Shown: in pieces, positions 14,131-26,700 of the stretch
Layout of the letters: each line of letters opens with the position of its first letter
How positions within the stretch are numbered: position 1 is the stretch's first letter
Assembly: GCF_018350175.1 (NCBI RefSeq)
Contig: NC_058369.1
Span: forward strand, 27,964,001-28,028,000
Origin: Felis catus
Lineage: Eukaryota
Direction: 5' to 3'
Length of the DNA stretch: 64,000 bases
The notes under the pieces: generated by a model
Seen by the model: the letters and a program-made list of their open reading frames with translations, nothing else
Databases searched by the model: none
What the model was told of the DNA's origin: nothing
Made by a program: the position numbers and the translations under genes

Positions 14131-15454
14131 GAAACACCTCTCTTAAGTGAAGAATTCAGTACAGTGGACAGTGGGAAATGTAACTGGAAAAACAGGTGAT
14201 AACGATCCTAAGCATGTAATCTGATACATGTTACCTGATGGAAAATGAAGAATTGTTGAATAATTTTGAGTGAGCTTGGAATCATATAAGGATGGTACTT
14301 TTTCAAGATAATTTGGGGATGATACATCAAAGACAAAGTGGACACAAGTGAGTAACAGAAAATCAGGCAAGTTCAAAATGCAGAAAATATTAGCAAAGAG
14401 AGAATGACACTCGACCTATTCTGTCTCTGTAACAAAGGACAAATAAAGAGATTTAAAAAGTCATTGACCAATAATATTTAATATAAACATACTCAAACAG
14501 CATATATTTCAATTCATTAGGTTTGTAGAGGAGTAATGTGGTATTTAGACTTGGACATTAAATCAATATTGGCCTTATAGACACTCCCCATGTTCCTCAA
14601 CCCTTCACTCCAATCCCTCCCTCCCCTGTCAAATCAATACAAATACCTTATATCAACCAAAAAATACAGTATTATTTAAGTGGAAAAAGCAATCTAAATT
14701 ACAATTGTAAATGTCTAAAGCTTGTAGTCTGGGGATTTTCCTAATGGGAATATGTGATGTGACTTTTTGTTATTCTGATGGCTGTGTTCATGAGCACATC
14801 ACAAGGGTGGTTTTAAAGGCCTAAGTGACATAAATTAGATTTTCTTTAAGAAATCATGTCCTTGACATATTTTTTTCATTATCTGAGAAGAATGAAACAG
14901 ATTTTTCGGTTAATTAGTGCTAAGGCATGTATTTTGCATTAGCATTAAGTTTACCAAAATGGCTTTAAAAACTTGAACAGATGGCAGAATTATAATAACT
15001 TTTACTTATGATTTAGGTTAAGAATAAAGTGTCATGAGAATCCTTCTCCTGCCTAACTTTTCCATAAAGTTAATGCATTTAATAGATATGATGTATTGTT
15101 TTTCTCAGTGAGGTGTAAATAACTGTATCTCACCTTAGATGCATATAATGAGCTGGGGGAGTACATATCAGTACTCTCTATCTAGAGTATAGGGATTTTC
15201 CAGGGTTTAAGCATTGAACCACACACAAACAATTCCAAAATCTGGATAATAGCTGTGTAAAGATGGAGCAGGAGTTGCAAAGACAGATGTCCACAGCGGC
15301 CTGGCAGGTGTAAGGTAAATGAATCAAGTTGAGTTGCTCTAAAGAAACAGGGGAGAGTGGGGATTGCAATAAACTGGGCTGGACAAGAAGCTCTGAGAGA
15401 CAGCAGACAATGGGGCTATCATCAACTGCCCTCGATCATAAAAGGGAGACCCTG

Positions 15455-15628
15455 CGCAGCCATAGTAGCCAATTTTTCAAAAGAAATATAAAATCTAAAT
15501 TTTGTATATAAACTCTCTCAATTAAAAATTTGGCAGCTATTTCATATTTGCTTAAAAAAAGAAAAAGCCAAGAGGACCAAGAAAAACAGCCTCCTGCTGG
15601 CCATGGGGACATCAGTCTGCAATGCTGA
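15455..15628. mobile_element. hAT-Charlie MITE (MER103-like)
   Basis: 'ccaatttttcaaaagaaatataaaatctaaattttgtatataaactctctc...ttggcagcta...cagtctgcaatgctg' resembles recalled MER103C. Confidence 0.55.
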
Positions 15629-15658
15629 ATGGTGGAGGGGGTTAAAAATTAGGGTTCA

Positions 15659-15862
15659 GGGGCGCCTGGGTGGCGTAGTCGGTTAATCGTCCGACTTCAG
15701 CCAGGTCACGATCTCGCGGTCCGTGAGTTCGAGCCCGCGTCGGGCTCTGGGCTGATGGCTCAGAGCCTGGAGCGTGTTTCCGATTCTGTGTCTCCCTCTC
15801 TCTGCCCCTCCCCCATTCATGCTCTGTCTCTCTCTGTCCCAAAAATAAATAAACGTTGAAAA
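15659..15862 (+). mobile_element. Young felid Can-SINE (SINEC_Fc-like)
   Basis: Intact CpG-rich copy; perfect TSD aaaaattagggttca at 15644-15658 and 15863-15877. Confidence 0.97.
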
Positions 15863-16719
15863 AAAAATTAGGGTTCATGGTCAGTGCTAAGGCTTATTTC
15901 ATGCCCTACTGTTGTGGGGAACTCATTCCCCAAGTGAAACACTTTAAGTTAGTAAACTAGATCTGTTTTACAGCCTGGTTTTCAAAAATGAATTGTGGTA
16001 GAACAGCATGAATCATGAATAGACTACCTTGATACCTACATGAGATGATCTTGAGCTCAGTGACCCCATTGAATTCACCAGTGCTCAGCGAGCTCTTACT
16101 CCATTTCTTTCTACTTGACTCTGTTAAATTCTCTATAGTGCCAATTTGCCTATTCTAAACTCTCACCTCATGACTCTTAAAATTCATTAGTAACTGAAAT
16201 TAGCAAATTTCAAGAAGTGGTACCTTTATCCAGCCTTCATATGTTTTAATTTCATGGCAGCATTAGATATCTCACCTTCCCATGTTTCTCATCAATATTG
16301 AGTTCTCCAAATTTCCTTGACGCCACTAAATTCACCTTCATTCCTGAACTTTCTCCTCCCAACCTCAGTGATATTACTTCTTGGTTAACTTCCCATCTGA
16401 CTCTCCCTAAATCAACTCCCTTCTTACACTATGACTTGATAATAAGGGTAATGAACATTACCCATCCACCTGTTTTGTTTTGTTTGTTTCACTCACTTTC
16501 TCTTGCCTACTACAAGGAATCTTCTTGTGCTAGGCCCTTCATCTCAGGTAATAATTCCACTCACTCCTTGGTTTTTGCCCTTGCTCTAGTCAGGATAAAT
16601 CTCAAATCTCTCCATATATATTAAAAGTTAGATTTCCCAACTCTGGGCTTAAAATCTGAAAGAAGGCATAGTAGAGACAGAGGAAAAGGAAGTAGAGGAA
16701 AGAGGAAGTAGAGGTAGAA

Positions 16720-16950
16720 TATTAGTAACAATAGCAGCTGACATTTGTTGACCTATTACTATGAATCAAGCTTACCTGATATACACTATCTTACTTGATT
16801 TGCAGAATTCTAGGAGATAAATGGTATTTTAATGCCATCCTACAAATGGGCAAAGTCAGGCTGAGAGAAGTCACATACCTCTCTCTCTCCCTCACAGTTA
16901 CATAGAACTAGGTAGGTCCAGAATCCAAATACAGATCTACTCTTAGCCAT
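16720..16950 (-). mobile_element. MIR
   Basis: 'aatagcagctgacatttgttgacctattactatg...aggctgagagaagt' matches the MIR reverse strand. Confidence 0.65.
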
Positions 16951-17107
16951 TAGGCTCTTCTTCTTATCTCTTACTTCTAATTAATTGGTCACTTTGGTAG
17001 ATCCCACCCTGGCTTAGTAACTTGCCTCCCTCACTCTGCTCCACCCCAGCACAATCCACCCAGCCAGCCACACTCCTCAGGACTCCCTGCTTTGGCCATT
17101 ACAATGG

Positions 17108-17177
17108 TCTCTCAACTGTTCTTTGTGTTTCTAGTTTCTTTCTCTCTCAACTGTTCTTTGTGTTTCTAGTTTCTTTC
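17108..17177. repeat. Perfect 35-bp tandem duplication (2 copies)
   Basis: tctctcaactgttctttgtgtttctagtttctttc at 17108-17142 and 17143-17177. Confidence 0.95.
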
Positions 17178-17279
17178 CCTTCAATCCCAGTTTTCACAAT
17201 GTTATGATCTCACTCATGTCCAGCTTCTAACATACCCTATTGAAAAGATAAAAGTGTTTCAGTAGAAAACTGCACTTCT

Positions 17280-17470
17280 GGGGTACCCGAGTGGCTCTAT
17301 CAGTTAAGCATCTGGTTCTTAGTTTTGGCTCAGGTCGTGGTCTCATGGTTCATGAGTTTGAGCCCTATGTTGGGCTCTGTGCTGACAGTGTGGAGCCTAC
17401 TTGGGATTCTCTCTCTCTCTGCCTCAACCCCATTCTCTCTCAAAAATAAATAAATAAACATTAAAAAGAA
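17280..17470 (+). mobile_element. Can-SINE
   Basis: Head 'ggggtacccgagtggctc', CT tract, (AAAT)n tail. Confidence 0.9.
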
Positions 17471-18802
17471 AACAAAACTACATCGCCCATCTTTGTCATT
17501 GTTTGAAATACCCTACAACCCTGAAAGTTACAGGTAATTGATAACAATGCAAACTTTGAGACATGAACACTATTTTCTGTATGGTAGAGGTTTAATGGAC
17601 CTCCTCTCTCCCTGCCACCCAACCCCGCCAATCTCATCACTTGCACAAAAAAACAATTTTGATTCAATTTGCCCATTCATCTCAATATTTCTATTCTATA
17701 AATTTGAAAAAAATTCACTCTCTTTTGAACTAGTTACCACACCTGCAGGTTTCGTCATGAATTAACTAAAATCTTTAATACACTGTTCATTTTTATATCT
17801 ACATGAGAGTCATGGCTTGACCTATTATTAAAAATTATTTTTCAAAATGTCCAGCTCCCAACAAATCTATCCTTTGCTCAAATGCTTACAATGAACCGTA
17901 CAGTTCAAAGCCAACATTATAACTTCCTCTACTCTGTCAATTGTACATTCATTCTACTTACTTTTCATCCATTCACATCCTACATAGAGGCCAAAAGAAA
18001 TGCCCAGGTCCCAGATACACATTTTACACTTCCAATTTTCTTCCTTTCCTGATTCTAATTCTTTCCCCTGGACTGTGGCTATTCATACAGCATTCAATAT
18101 AAAGGACTAGTGTGGATGTTTTAAGCCCATGCTTCCCAAACATTTACATGGAAATAACACAGGTGAAGAGAATTTCTATTCACTTCCCTGGAGTGGAAAA
18201 ATGGGAGGAGAGGGAAATAGACTACTAGAAACATAATTTTTATAAGGTCTCCTGTTTAATCTTAATAATGCATGCAGATTTTATCTACTCCATAGTATAC
18301 TATGGGTTTTCATGAAAAATAATATCTCCACCTGCAAATGCTATAGTCAAATTGCTATTCCAAGATGGTGACTTACCTATCCTGTTGCTTTGTGTATACC
18401 TTGCCTAGTTCTGTACTCTCAGGAAAAACAAGCAATGGTTAAGAAATACCCCACCCCCATACACACACACACTCTTTTATGAAAAATCCCACCCTCCATG
18501 CTTCATTATAAGGATTCCTTTGTTTACCTGCCTTTATAAAACCCCAGAACTCCTTCCTTTTCTTTAGGATATTCTTCATTAATGAATATTCTCCCGAGTA
18601 CATTAGTCTGGATAAAAGTACTAGCTTAGTTGTCCAGTACATTGTCTTTAACAAATGACATTCTAAAGAGTACACCCTATTCTGAAAACCCATGACTTTA
18701 TGTGATATTTTCAAGATTAAAACCATGAAATCTTGGACTTCATGGCACATTAAATTATGATAGAAAAACATCCAGATTTTCTATGTCTCCAACAAAATTC
18801 AT

Positions 18803-20140
18803 AAAAATGAAGTTGGATTATTATCTTATAACATACACAAAAATCAACTCAAAATGGATGAAAGACTTAAACGTGATACCTGAAACTATAAAAACTCCTA
18901 GAGTAAAACATACGGGAAAAGCTCAATGACATCAGTCTTGGCAATAACTTTTTGGATATGACACCAAAAGCACAGCCAAAAAAAGCAAGAATAAATAAGT
19001 GGGACTTCAAACTAAAAAGTTTCTGAATATCAAAGGAAATAATCAACAAAATGAGAAGGCAACTTACAGATTGGGAGAATATATTTGCAAACCATATCTC
19101 TGATAAGGGGCTAGTATCCAAACTATAAAGGAACTCCTACAACTCAGTTGCAAGAAAACAAATAACCCAATTTAAAAAGGGGCAAAGGATCTGAATAGAC
19201 ATTATTCCAAAGAAGACAAACAGGTGGCCAACAGGTCTATGAAAGGTGCTCAACATCACTCATCATCAGGCAAGTGCAAATCAAAACCACAGTGAGATAT
19301 CACTTCACACCTATCAGAATGGCTGTTATTGAAAAGTTCAAAGATAACAAGTATTGATCAAGATGAGAAAAAAAGGGAAACTTTGTACACTGTTGATGTA
19401 AATTGGTTTATCCACTATGAAAACTAACATGTAGATTTTTCAAAAACTTTAATGTAGAACTATTATATGATCCAGCGATCTTACTTTTGGGTGTACATCC
19501 AAAGGAAATTAAATCACTATCCCAAAGAGATATCTGCATTCCTGCATTCACTGCAGCATTATCCACAATAGCTAAGATATGGAAACAGCCTATGAATTTA
19601 AAAATGTGGTATATACTCATAATGGAATATTCTCTAGCCTTAGAAGAGAAGAAAATCCTACTGTTTGCAACAATATGGGTGAATTTGGAGGACATCATGC
19701 TAAGTGAAATAAGCCAGACACAGAAAGGCAAATACTACATGATGCCACTTATATGTGGAATCTAAAAAAAGTCAAACCCATAGAAACAGACTATAAAAGG
19801 GTAGTAACTAGAGGAAAAAGAGGTGAAATGGAAGATATTGGTCAATGGGTACAAAGTTTCAGTTACAAGGTGATTAAGTTCTGGATACCTAACATACATC
19901 AAGATGACCATAGTTAAAAATAATGTATGGTAGCCTTGAAATCTGCTAAGAGTGTCTTAGATATTCTCACTACATGCACAAAAAAAAAAAGGTAATTGTG
20001 TAAGATAATGAATATATTATTTAGTTTGATTGTGGTAACCATCTCACAATATATATATTAAAATATGTTGTATACCTAAAGTGTATCTATTTAGACAATT
20101 TTTATTTGTCACTTACAACTCAATAAATCTGGGAGGCAAA
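18803..20140 (+). mobile_element. 5'-truncated L1 (ORF2 end and 3' UTR, L1MA9-like)
   Basis: Degenerate ORF2 C-terminal remnants (e.g. ILLFATIWVNLEDIMLSEISQ); 3' UTR 'ggtcaatgggtacaaagtttcagtt' ending in 'ctcaataaa'. Confidence 0.92.
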
Positions 20141-20569
20141 GTGACTACCAAGGGTACACCCCCAAGAATGACATAAGAATAATTGCAGCAGGCTGGGGAA
20201 ATAGGAAGAAGTGGGCACAGATCCTTCCTAACACCCATGATTTCTGAAAATAAGAATGTTAGGAATGGACACAAGTTTTCATTCCTTCTTCTTTCAACAA
20301 ATATTGCTAGGACATAGATGATGAGGGGCTGGGGACTGGAGATAGAATTTGTTCAAGAGAAAGCTATGGAATCTTGATTAAAGCTTTGAAATTCAAACCA
20401 AAGATAAGGTTCAAAGGATGAAGATGAATGGGGAGTGGGAGCTGGAGAAGCTTCGGGGCTGCCACAAAACATCAAAACATTCTGAGCACAGGATGGAAAG
20501 AAAGAGCTTAAGTTATGAAAACAGCAAAAAAATGGCCTGCATTAAAAAAAAAAAAAGTAAAAGTTTAAA

Positions 20570-20750
20570 ATATGCAGGAACTGAGCTAATTTACATTCAT
20601 TACTTCACTAAATCCTTAAAGTAACTCCAGAAGCTAAGTACTATTATTATCCCCACTTAACATAACAAGTAACACAGCCTCAAAGAGGTTAATTAACTTG
20701 CCCAGGGTCTTGCAGACAGTAAGTAGCTGGGCTGTCCAACTCAAAACCGT
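20570..20750 (-). mobile_element. MIR
   Basis: 'aagtactattattatccccactt...cctcaaagaggttaattaacttgcccagggtc...agtaagtagctggg'. Confidence 0.7.
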
Positions 20751-21087
20751 ATTGAAATAATCCCTCCCAAAGGCTGCTCCCAGAGGGCTTCAGGTAAGGG
20801 TGCCCAATATAAATTAGAATCTGGAGTGGAGAAGATGAGAAAAAGGAAACACAAGGTCTGACCTCCTATGCCAAGCCAGGGAGTCTGAACGTCACCTGGA
20901 GGCAATGGGAAGAGAAAGACTTCAAGGGAAAGTAAAGTAGGAGGTGGGAACCTAGCAAAGGAAATCTCAGTATTAGGGGGACCAACTGCAGGGTGCCCTC
21001 CAGAGCACCAAAATGAATGACAATAAAAAATAAAGCAACCACAGGCTAAAGTTCTTCAATCAGCACAAAGCAAGAAAGGATTGACTT

Positions 21088-21619
21088 TGAGGGGTACCAG
21101 AATATGCCAGCCCGGAACATCCTTCTTTAGCATTTGGACTATTTAGGGCTAAACTCCAGGGAGAACCAAGAGACACAGGAAAAGCACTAAAACAGGAAAC
21201 AGAGTTTCCTTTTGTAAAGGTGTCTCCCTCTCCCGTAACAACTTACAAACTTAACAACTCTTATCAACTCTTATCTTAACTCTTATCAATGGAGAAAGCA
21301 CAGACTTAACTCATAACAAACCTTGTTTAACAACCCTGTTGACTATACTTTCCCTGGTCACCATCCCTAACTTGCCTTCCCTACCTAAATGTCCCAAATC
21401 CCCTTTCCTTTAACCTAAGATGGTATATAACCCCACGTTCTAAATATTCCTCTGGGTTACTCATCTCTGGGTACACTTATGTGTTATGTAAGCAATGCAC
21501 ATGTTAATAAGCTTACTTGTTTTTCTCCAGTTAACCTGTCTTTGGCCCTCGTGTACAGGGCCCCAGCTGGAGAAAGTAAGAAACCAAGACTAAAAGAGAA
21601 GAGTTCCCACCCACCCTTA
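21088..21619 (+). mobile_element. ERV1 solo LTR (MER34-like)
   Basis: 'tgaggggtaccagaatatgcc', 'ttgtaaaggtgtctccctctcccgta', 'catgttaataagcttacttgtttttctc' match the recalled MER34A-type layout. Confidence 0.8.
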
Positions 21620-22699
21620 GCTTCAAGATGGGACAATATCTTTAATATCTTTAATTATCTTTAAATATTTGAGAAACTCAAATCTCAATTCTGTGCATGT
21701 AATTACTATAGTTATTTGAGGAAAAAAGAAAAACAAACATTAGTGGTCTTAGGGGAGACCTAGCAAAAACATCCTACCACTATAAAGGCCACTGAGGTGC
21801 GGGAGGTTGGCTCACACTTCAGGGTGTGCCAATTAAATATGGCGACTACAGCAAACTGGTGAGTAACACAGTCAGATATTTAAATACCTCAGTTACTGGA
21901 TTACTGCCACTGCAGTAGGCTTTTCTTTCCCTAAAAAAATTAACTGTGAAGTCAAGCGGGACAAACTATAAAATATAGAAGTTATTCTTCTCCCTCCAAG
22001 GTGAGAATATTTAAGAAATCTGGTGTACAAACTTTTATTTACAAGTTTGAAACTTCTGAGTAAATGAATAGAGTACCAACATGAAAACAATTATTATGGC
22101 TTTAGATGTAACAATGTTTTTAAAAAATGCTTCTGGAACTTTAATGAATTATAATAAAATTATTTATTCTATCACTTTTTTTTCTTTGTCTTTGATACAG
22201 GAGACAAGGAACAAAAGACACACATACCAAATCCCATCAAATCTAATATGGTACCAACACAGAGATTTCAGAGGATAAATTTGGAAAAAATATGCTCTTT
22301 GAAACAACACAATATAGTGGTCATAGCCATGACATTTGTTGACAAGGAAGTTTTTAATGTCATAAAGCACAGGAGTTTTCAGCAGCAGAGTATTCCTTTG
22401 TAAGAGAACCTTGTTGATTTTTCAGGAGCCAAACAAGAAACAAACTTCAGGACATACAGAAAAGAAACCAATCTGATAGCAGATACTAGTTAGCATAAAT
22501 ACTGCCCTCCTGATAAATTAACTTGAGCACATATTTCAAATATGTGTTCAAAAAACGTGCCTATCTAATATATATGGTACGTGCCAAGATATAATGCATG
22601 TCACAGTATCACTTTTTAAAAGTTCAGAACATTGGTTTCATACAAATATGAAATGACCATGTGTCAAAAATGAATTTTACTAATGAGGGATCCCAAAAG

Positions 22700-23216
22700 T
22701 GTTGAGGGATACCAGAACATGTTGTCCTAAAATATGCCTTTTTGGCATATGAATTATTTTGAGCTAAGAGCCAGCAGATTCCAGAAAATCTCCAAAACAC
22801 AGGACACAAGGTTTCTTTTTATAAAGGAAATCTATATTTGCAAAGTCTCCTTCTCTCATACCAAGAAAGAGCACTCCTAAAAAGTCTTATCAATGGTAAA
22901 GGCACTATCTTTAATACATCAAGCAAATCTGACTAAACAATCCTTATTTACCATGCTTTGCTTAGTTACCCTCCCAGACCTTGCCACCCCCCAGAAATAT
23001 CTGTTTGTTTTAGCCTAATATGGTAGATAAACCCAAGCTCTAGCCACCCTTTTGGGTTACTTATCCCTGGGTCACTGTGTGCTGCCATGGGTACATGTAA
23101 AATAAATTTCCGTTTTCTTCTTCTCTGGCTAATCTGTCTTTTGCCAGTCTTCCTTAAAAGGCTTAAGCTGAAGAACCTGAGAATCATAGAGAAAAAGATT
23201 TTTTTTCCTCTCTACA
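22700..23216 (+). mobile_element. ERV1 solo LTR (MER34-like)
   Basis: TG...CA termini; 'aaaatatgcctttttggcatatgaattattttgagctaa' and 3' end 'tttttttcctctctaca'; visibly homologous to 21088-21619. Confidence 0.82.
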
Positions 23217-23774
23217 ATGCTAATACTGCTTCAAACAGAATTAAAGAGTCCACATATAAATAGGCACTGAAAGTGTAGCATTTTACCTAAGCCCTGTTCT
23301 TGGATAACACTGATAGCTAACATATCCCTTCAACTTTTTGTTTGCCAAAATCTCCAGGCATGTAGTGTCCTGGGAAATGGCTTACTGAAAGGAACTACTC
23401 TTCTTGCTTTTATGACTTAGATAAAACTGGTTGATCTTACTTTCTCATAACACGTTAAGATTGCAGATATTTGCCTGTAACAAGGCCAGAAACAGACCCT
23501 TCTTTTACCCCTAGCCAACCTCCCATTCTTTCCCTCATGAGTAATCAGCTAAGATTAAAACTGTGTTAAACCCTCAAATTACCTAGACATAGAGATACAC
23601 ATTTCTTGTTCAGCTGACTGTAACTCCCTCTGATTGCAACAACAACAAAAATTCCAACTGTAAATCCCCCCACCAAAGTTTAAGATTATTATGTCCTCTT
23701 GATGAATTGCCTACTTTATTACCATGAAATGATTCTCTTTATCTGTGCTAGTATTTCTTGTCTTGACTTATTAA

Positions 23775-26700
23775 AAACTAACTAATGATAAAATTTATAT
23801 ATGAAACCACAAATGATTGAAAAGAGCGAAAACAATTTTGAAAAAGAGCAAAGTCTGGAGATATTTACTACCTAGTTTCTTAACTTAATAAATGCTATAA
23901 TAATCAAGACAACGTGGCTATAGTTGTAGAGATATGCATACAGCTCAACAAAACATATTAAAGAATCCAGAAATAAACCGTGAATTTGTGGTCATTAATT
24001 TCAGAAAGATAATTCAACCAATAAAATACAGTGTTTTTCAACAAATTGTCCTTAAAAAAAAAGAAATAAATTTCAACTATCATTTCATTCTATATAGAAT
24101 GAATATATATATATATATTCATTCTATGAATGAATTCTATGAATGAATATATATATATATATATTCTATATAGAAAATATATCTCAATATTAATTATAGA
24201 TTCAAGCCAGAAAGCTACTACTATAAAGCTTTCAGAAAAAAATATGGGAGGAAATATTCACAACTTTAGATTAGACAAAAATTCCTTAGCACATACAAAA
24301 CATAAACCGAAGTTTTTTTTTTAAAGGTATGAATTTGATAAAAGTTAAAAATGTTAGCTGTAAGCTTTTTCCCTAAGGTCAGGAAGAAGACATTGATGTC
24401 TACGCTCACTTTTATTCAGCATATTACTAGAAGTCCTAATCACAGCAATCAGACAAGAAGAAGGAATAAAAGGCATCTAAAATGGTAATAAGTAAACCTC
24501 ACTATCTGCAGATGATATGATACTATATAGAGAAAAACTTAAAGGCACCACCAAAAAACAACTAGAACTGATACATGAATTCAGAAAGCTGACAGGATAC
24601 AAAATGAATATACAGAAATTCACTGCATTTCTAGACATTAATAATGAAGCAGAAGAAAGAGAAATGGAAAAAAAAATCCCATTTACATTTGTATCAAAAA
24701 TAATAAAAAAAACTAGGAATAAACTTGATCAAAGAGAAGAAAGATCTGTACTCTGAAAACTATAAAACACTGATGAAACAAGCTGAAGATGACAACAAAT
24801 GGAAAGATATCCCATGCTCATGGATTGGAAGAATATTATTAAAATGTCCACACTACACAAAGCACTATACTGATTTAATGAAATCTTCATCAAAATACTA
24901 ACAGCATCTTTCACAGAGAATAATCCTAAAATGTCTATGGAATCACAAAGGACCCCAAATAGCCACAGCAATCTTGAAAAGAAGAACAAAAGTGGAGGTA
25001 TCACAATCCCAGATTTCAAGATGTACTACAATTCTGTAGTAATCAAAACAGTATGGTACTGGCACAAAAATAGACACCTAGATCAATAGGACAGAATAGA
25101 GAACCCAGAAATAAACCCAAGTTATATGGTCAATTAATCTTCAACAAAGGAGGCAAGACTATGCAATGGGAAAGACAGTCTCTTTAACAAATGGTGGTGG
25201 GAAAACTAGACAGCTACACGCAATAGAATGAAACTGGAACACTTTCTCACACCTTCCCCCAAAATAAACTCAAAATGGACTAAAGCCTTAAATATGAGAC
25301 CTGAAACCGAAATCATCATCATCATTATCATCATCATCATCATCCTAGAAGAGAGCACAGCCAGTAATTTTTTTAACATTGGCTATAGCAACATTTTTCT
25401 AACTATGTCTCCTGAAGCAACAGAAACAAAAGCAAAAATAAACTATTGAGACTACCTCAAAATAAAAATCATCTGCATAATGAAGGAAACAATCAATAAA
25501 ACTAAAAGACCTACAGAATGGGAGAAGATATTTATAAATTACAAAATCCAATAGAGTTAGTAACTAAAATATATAAAGAACTTACACAACTCAACACCCA
25601 GAAAACAAATAATCCAATTAAAGTAGGCATAAGACATGAACAGACATTTCTCCAAATAAGACATTTAGATGGGCAACAGACACATGAAAATACACTCAGC
25701 ATCACTCATCATCAGGAAAATACAAATCAAAACTACAATGAGGTATCATACCGGTCAGAAAGGCTAAAATAAAAAACACAAGAAACAACAAATATTGGAA
25801 AGGATATAGTGAGAAAGGAACCCTTGTGCACTGCTGGTGGGAATGCAAATTGGTGCATCCACTGTGAAAATGAATAGGAATTTTCCTCAAAAAAATTAAA
25901 AATAGGGTTACCCTATAATCCAATAATTCCACTACTGAGTATTTATTCAAAAGGATACAAAAAACACTAATTTGAAAAGATATATACACCATATGTTTAT
26001 TGCAATGTTATTTAAAATAGACAAATTATGGAAGAAGCCCAAGCATCCATAGATAAATGAATAAAGAAGTGGTATATATATGTATACATATATACGAACA
26101 TGCATATGACCATATACCTATACATATATGTGAACATATATACATGTGTATATACATATGCATATGTTCATATACATGGTCATATATATGTACACACACA
26201 TATATATATATGAATATTGCTAATCCATAAAAAGATAAAATCTTGCCATTTGCAACAACATAGATGGATCTAGAGAGTATAATGCTAAGTGAAATCAATG
26301 AGAAAAAGGCAAATACCATATGACTTCATTCATATGTGGAATTTAAGAAACAAAACAAAGAAAAAAGAAGCAAACCAAAAAATAGACTCTTCACTATGGA
26401 CAACAAACTGATGGGTATCAGAAGGGAGGTGGGTAGGGGATGGGTGAAATAGGTTAAGGGAAGGAAGAGTACACTTGTCTTTATGAGAATTGATTAATGT
26501 ATAGAATTGCTCAATCACTATATTGTGTACCCAAAACCAGTATAACACTCTATGTTAACTCTACTGGAATTAAAAAAACAAAAACACTTTAGCTCTTTAA
26601 AAGCCACAGTTAAAATATAAAAAGACAAGTCACAGACTAGAAGAAAATACTTCTAATACATATATATAATAAAGGACTAACATTCAGAATAACTCTTACA

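Noticed and set aside
18376..18416. Minus-strand exon candidate with a strong ag|GTAAGT donor
   Set aside because: Nearest acceptor is a weak GAG and the peptide is not recognised
26070..26215. Imperfect hairpin in a TA/CA/TG-rich tract
   Set aside because: Low-complexity purine-pyrimidine expansion at a site in L1 that commonly expands; self-complementarity is expected from its composition
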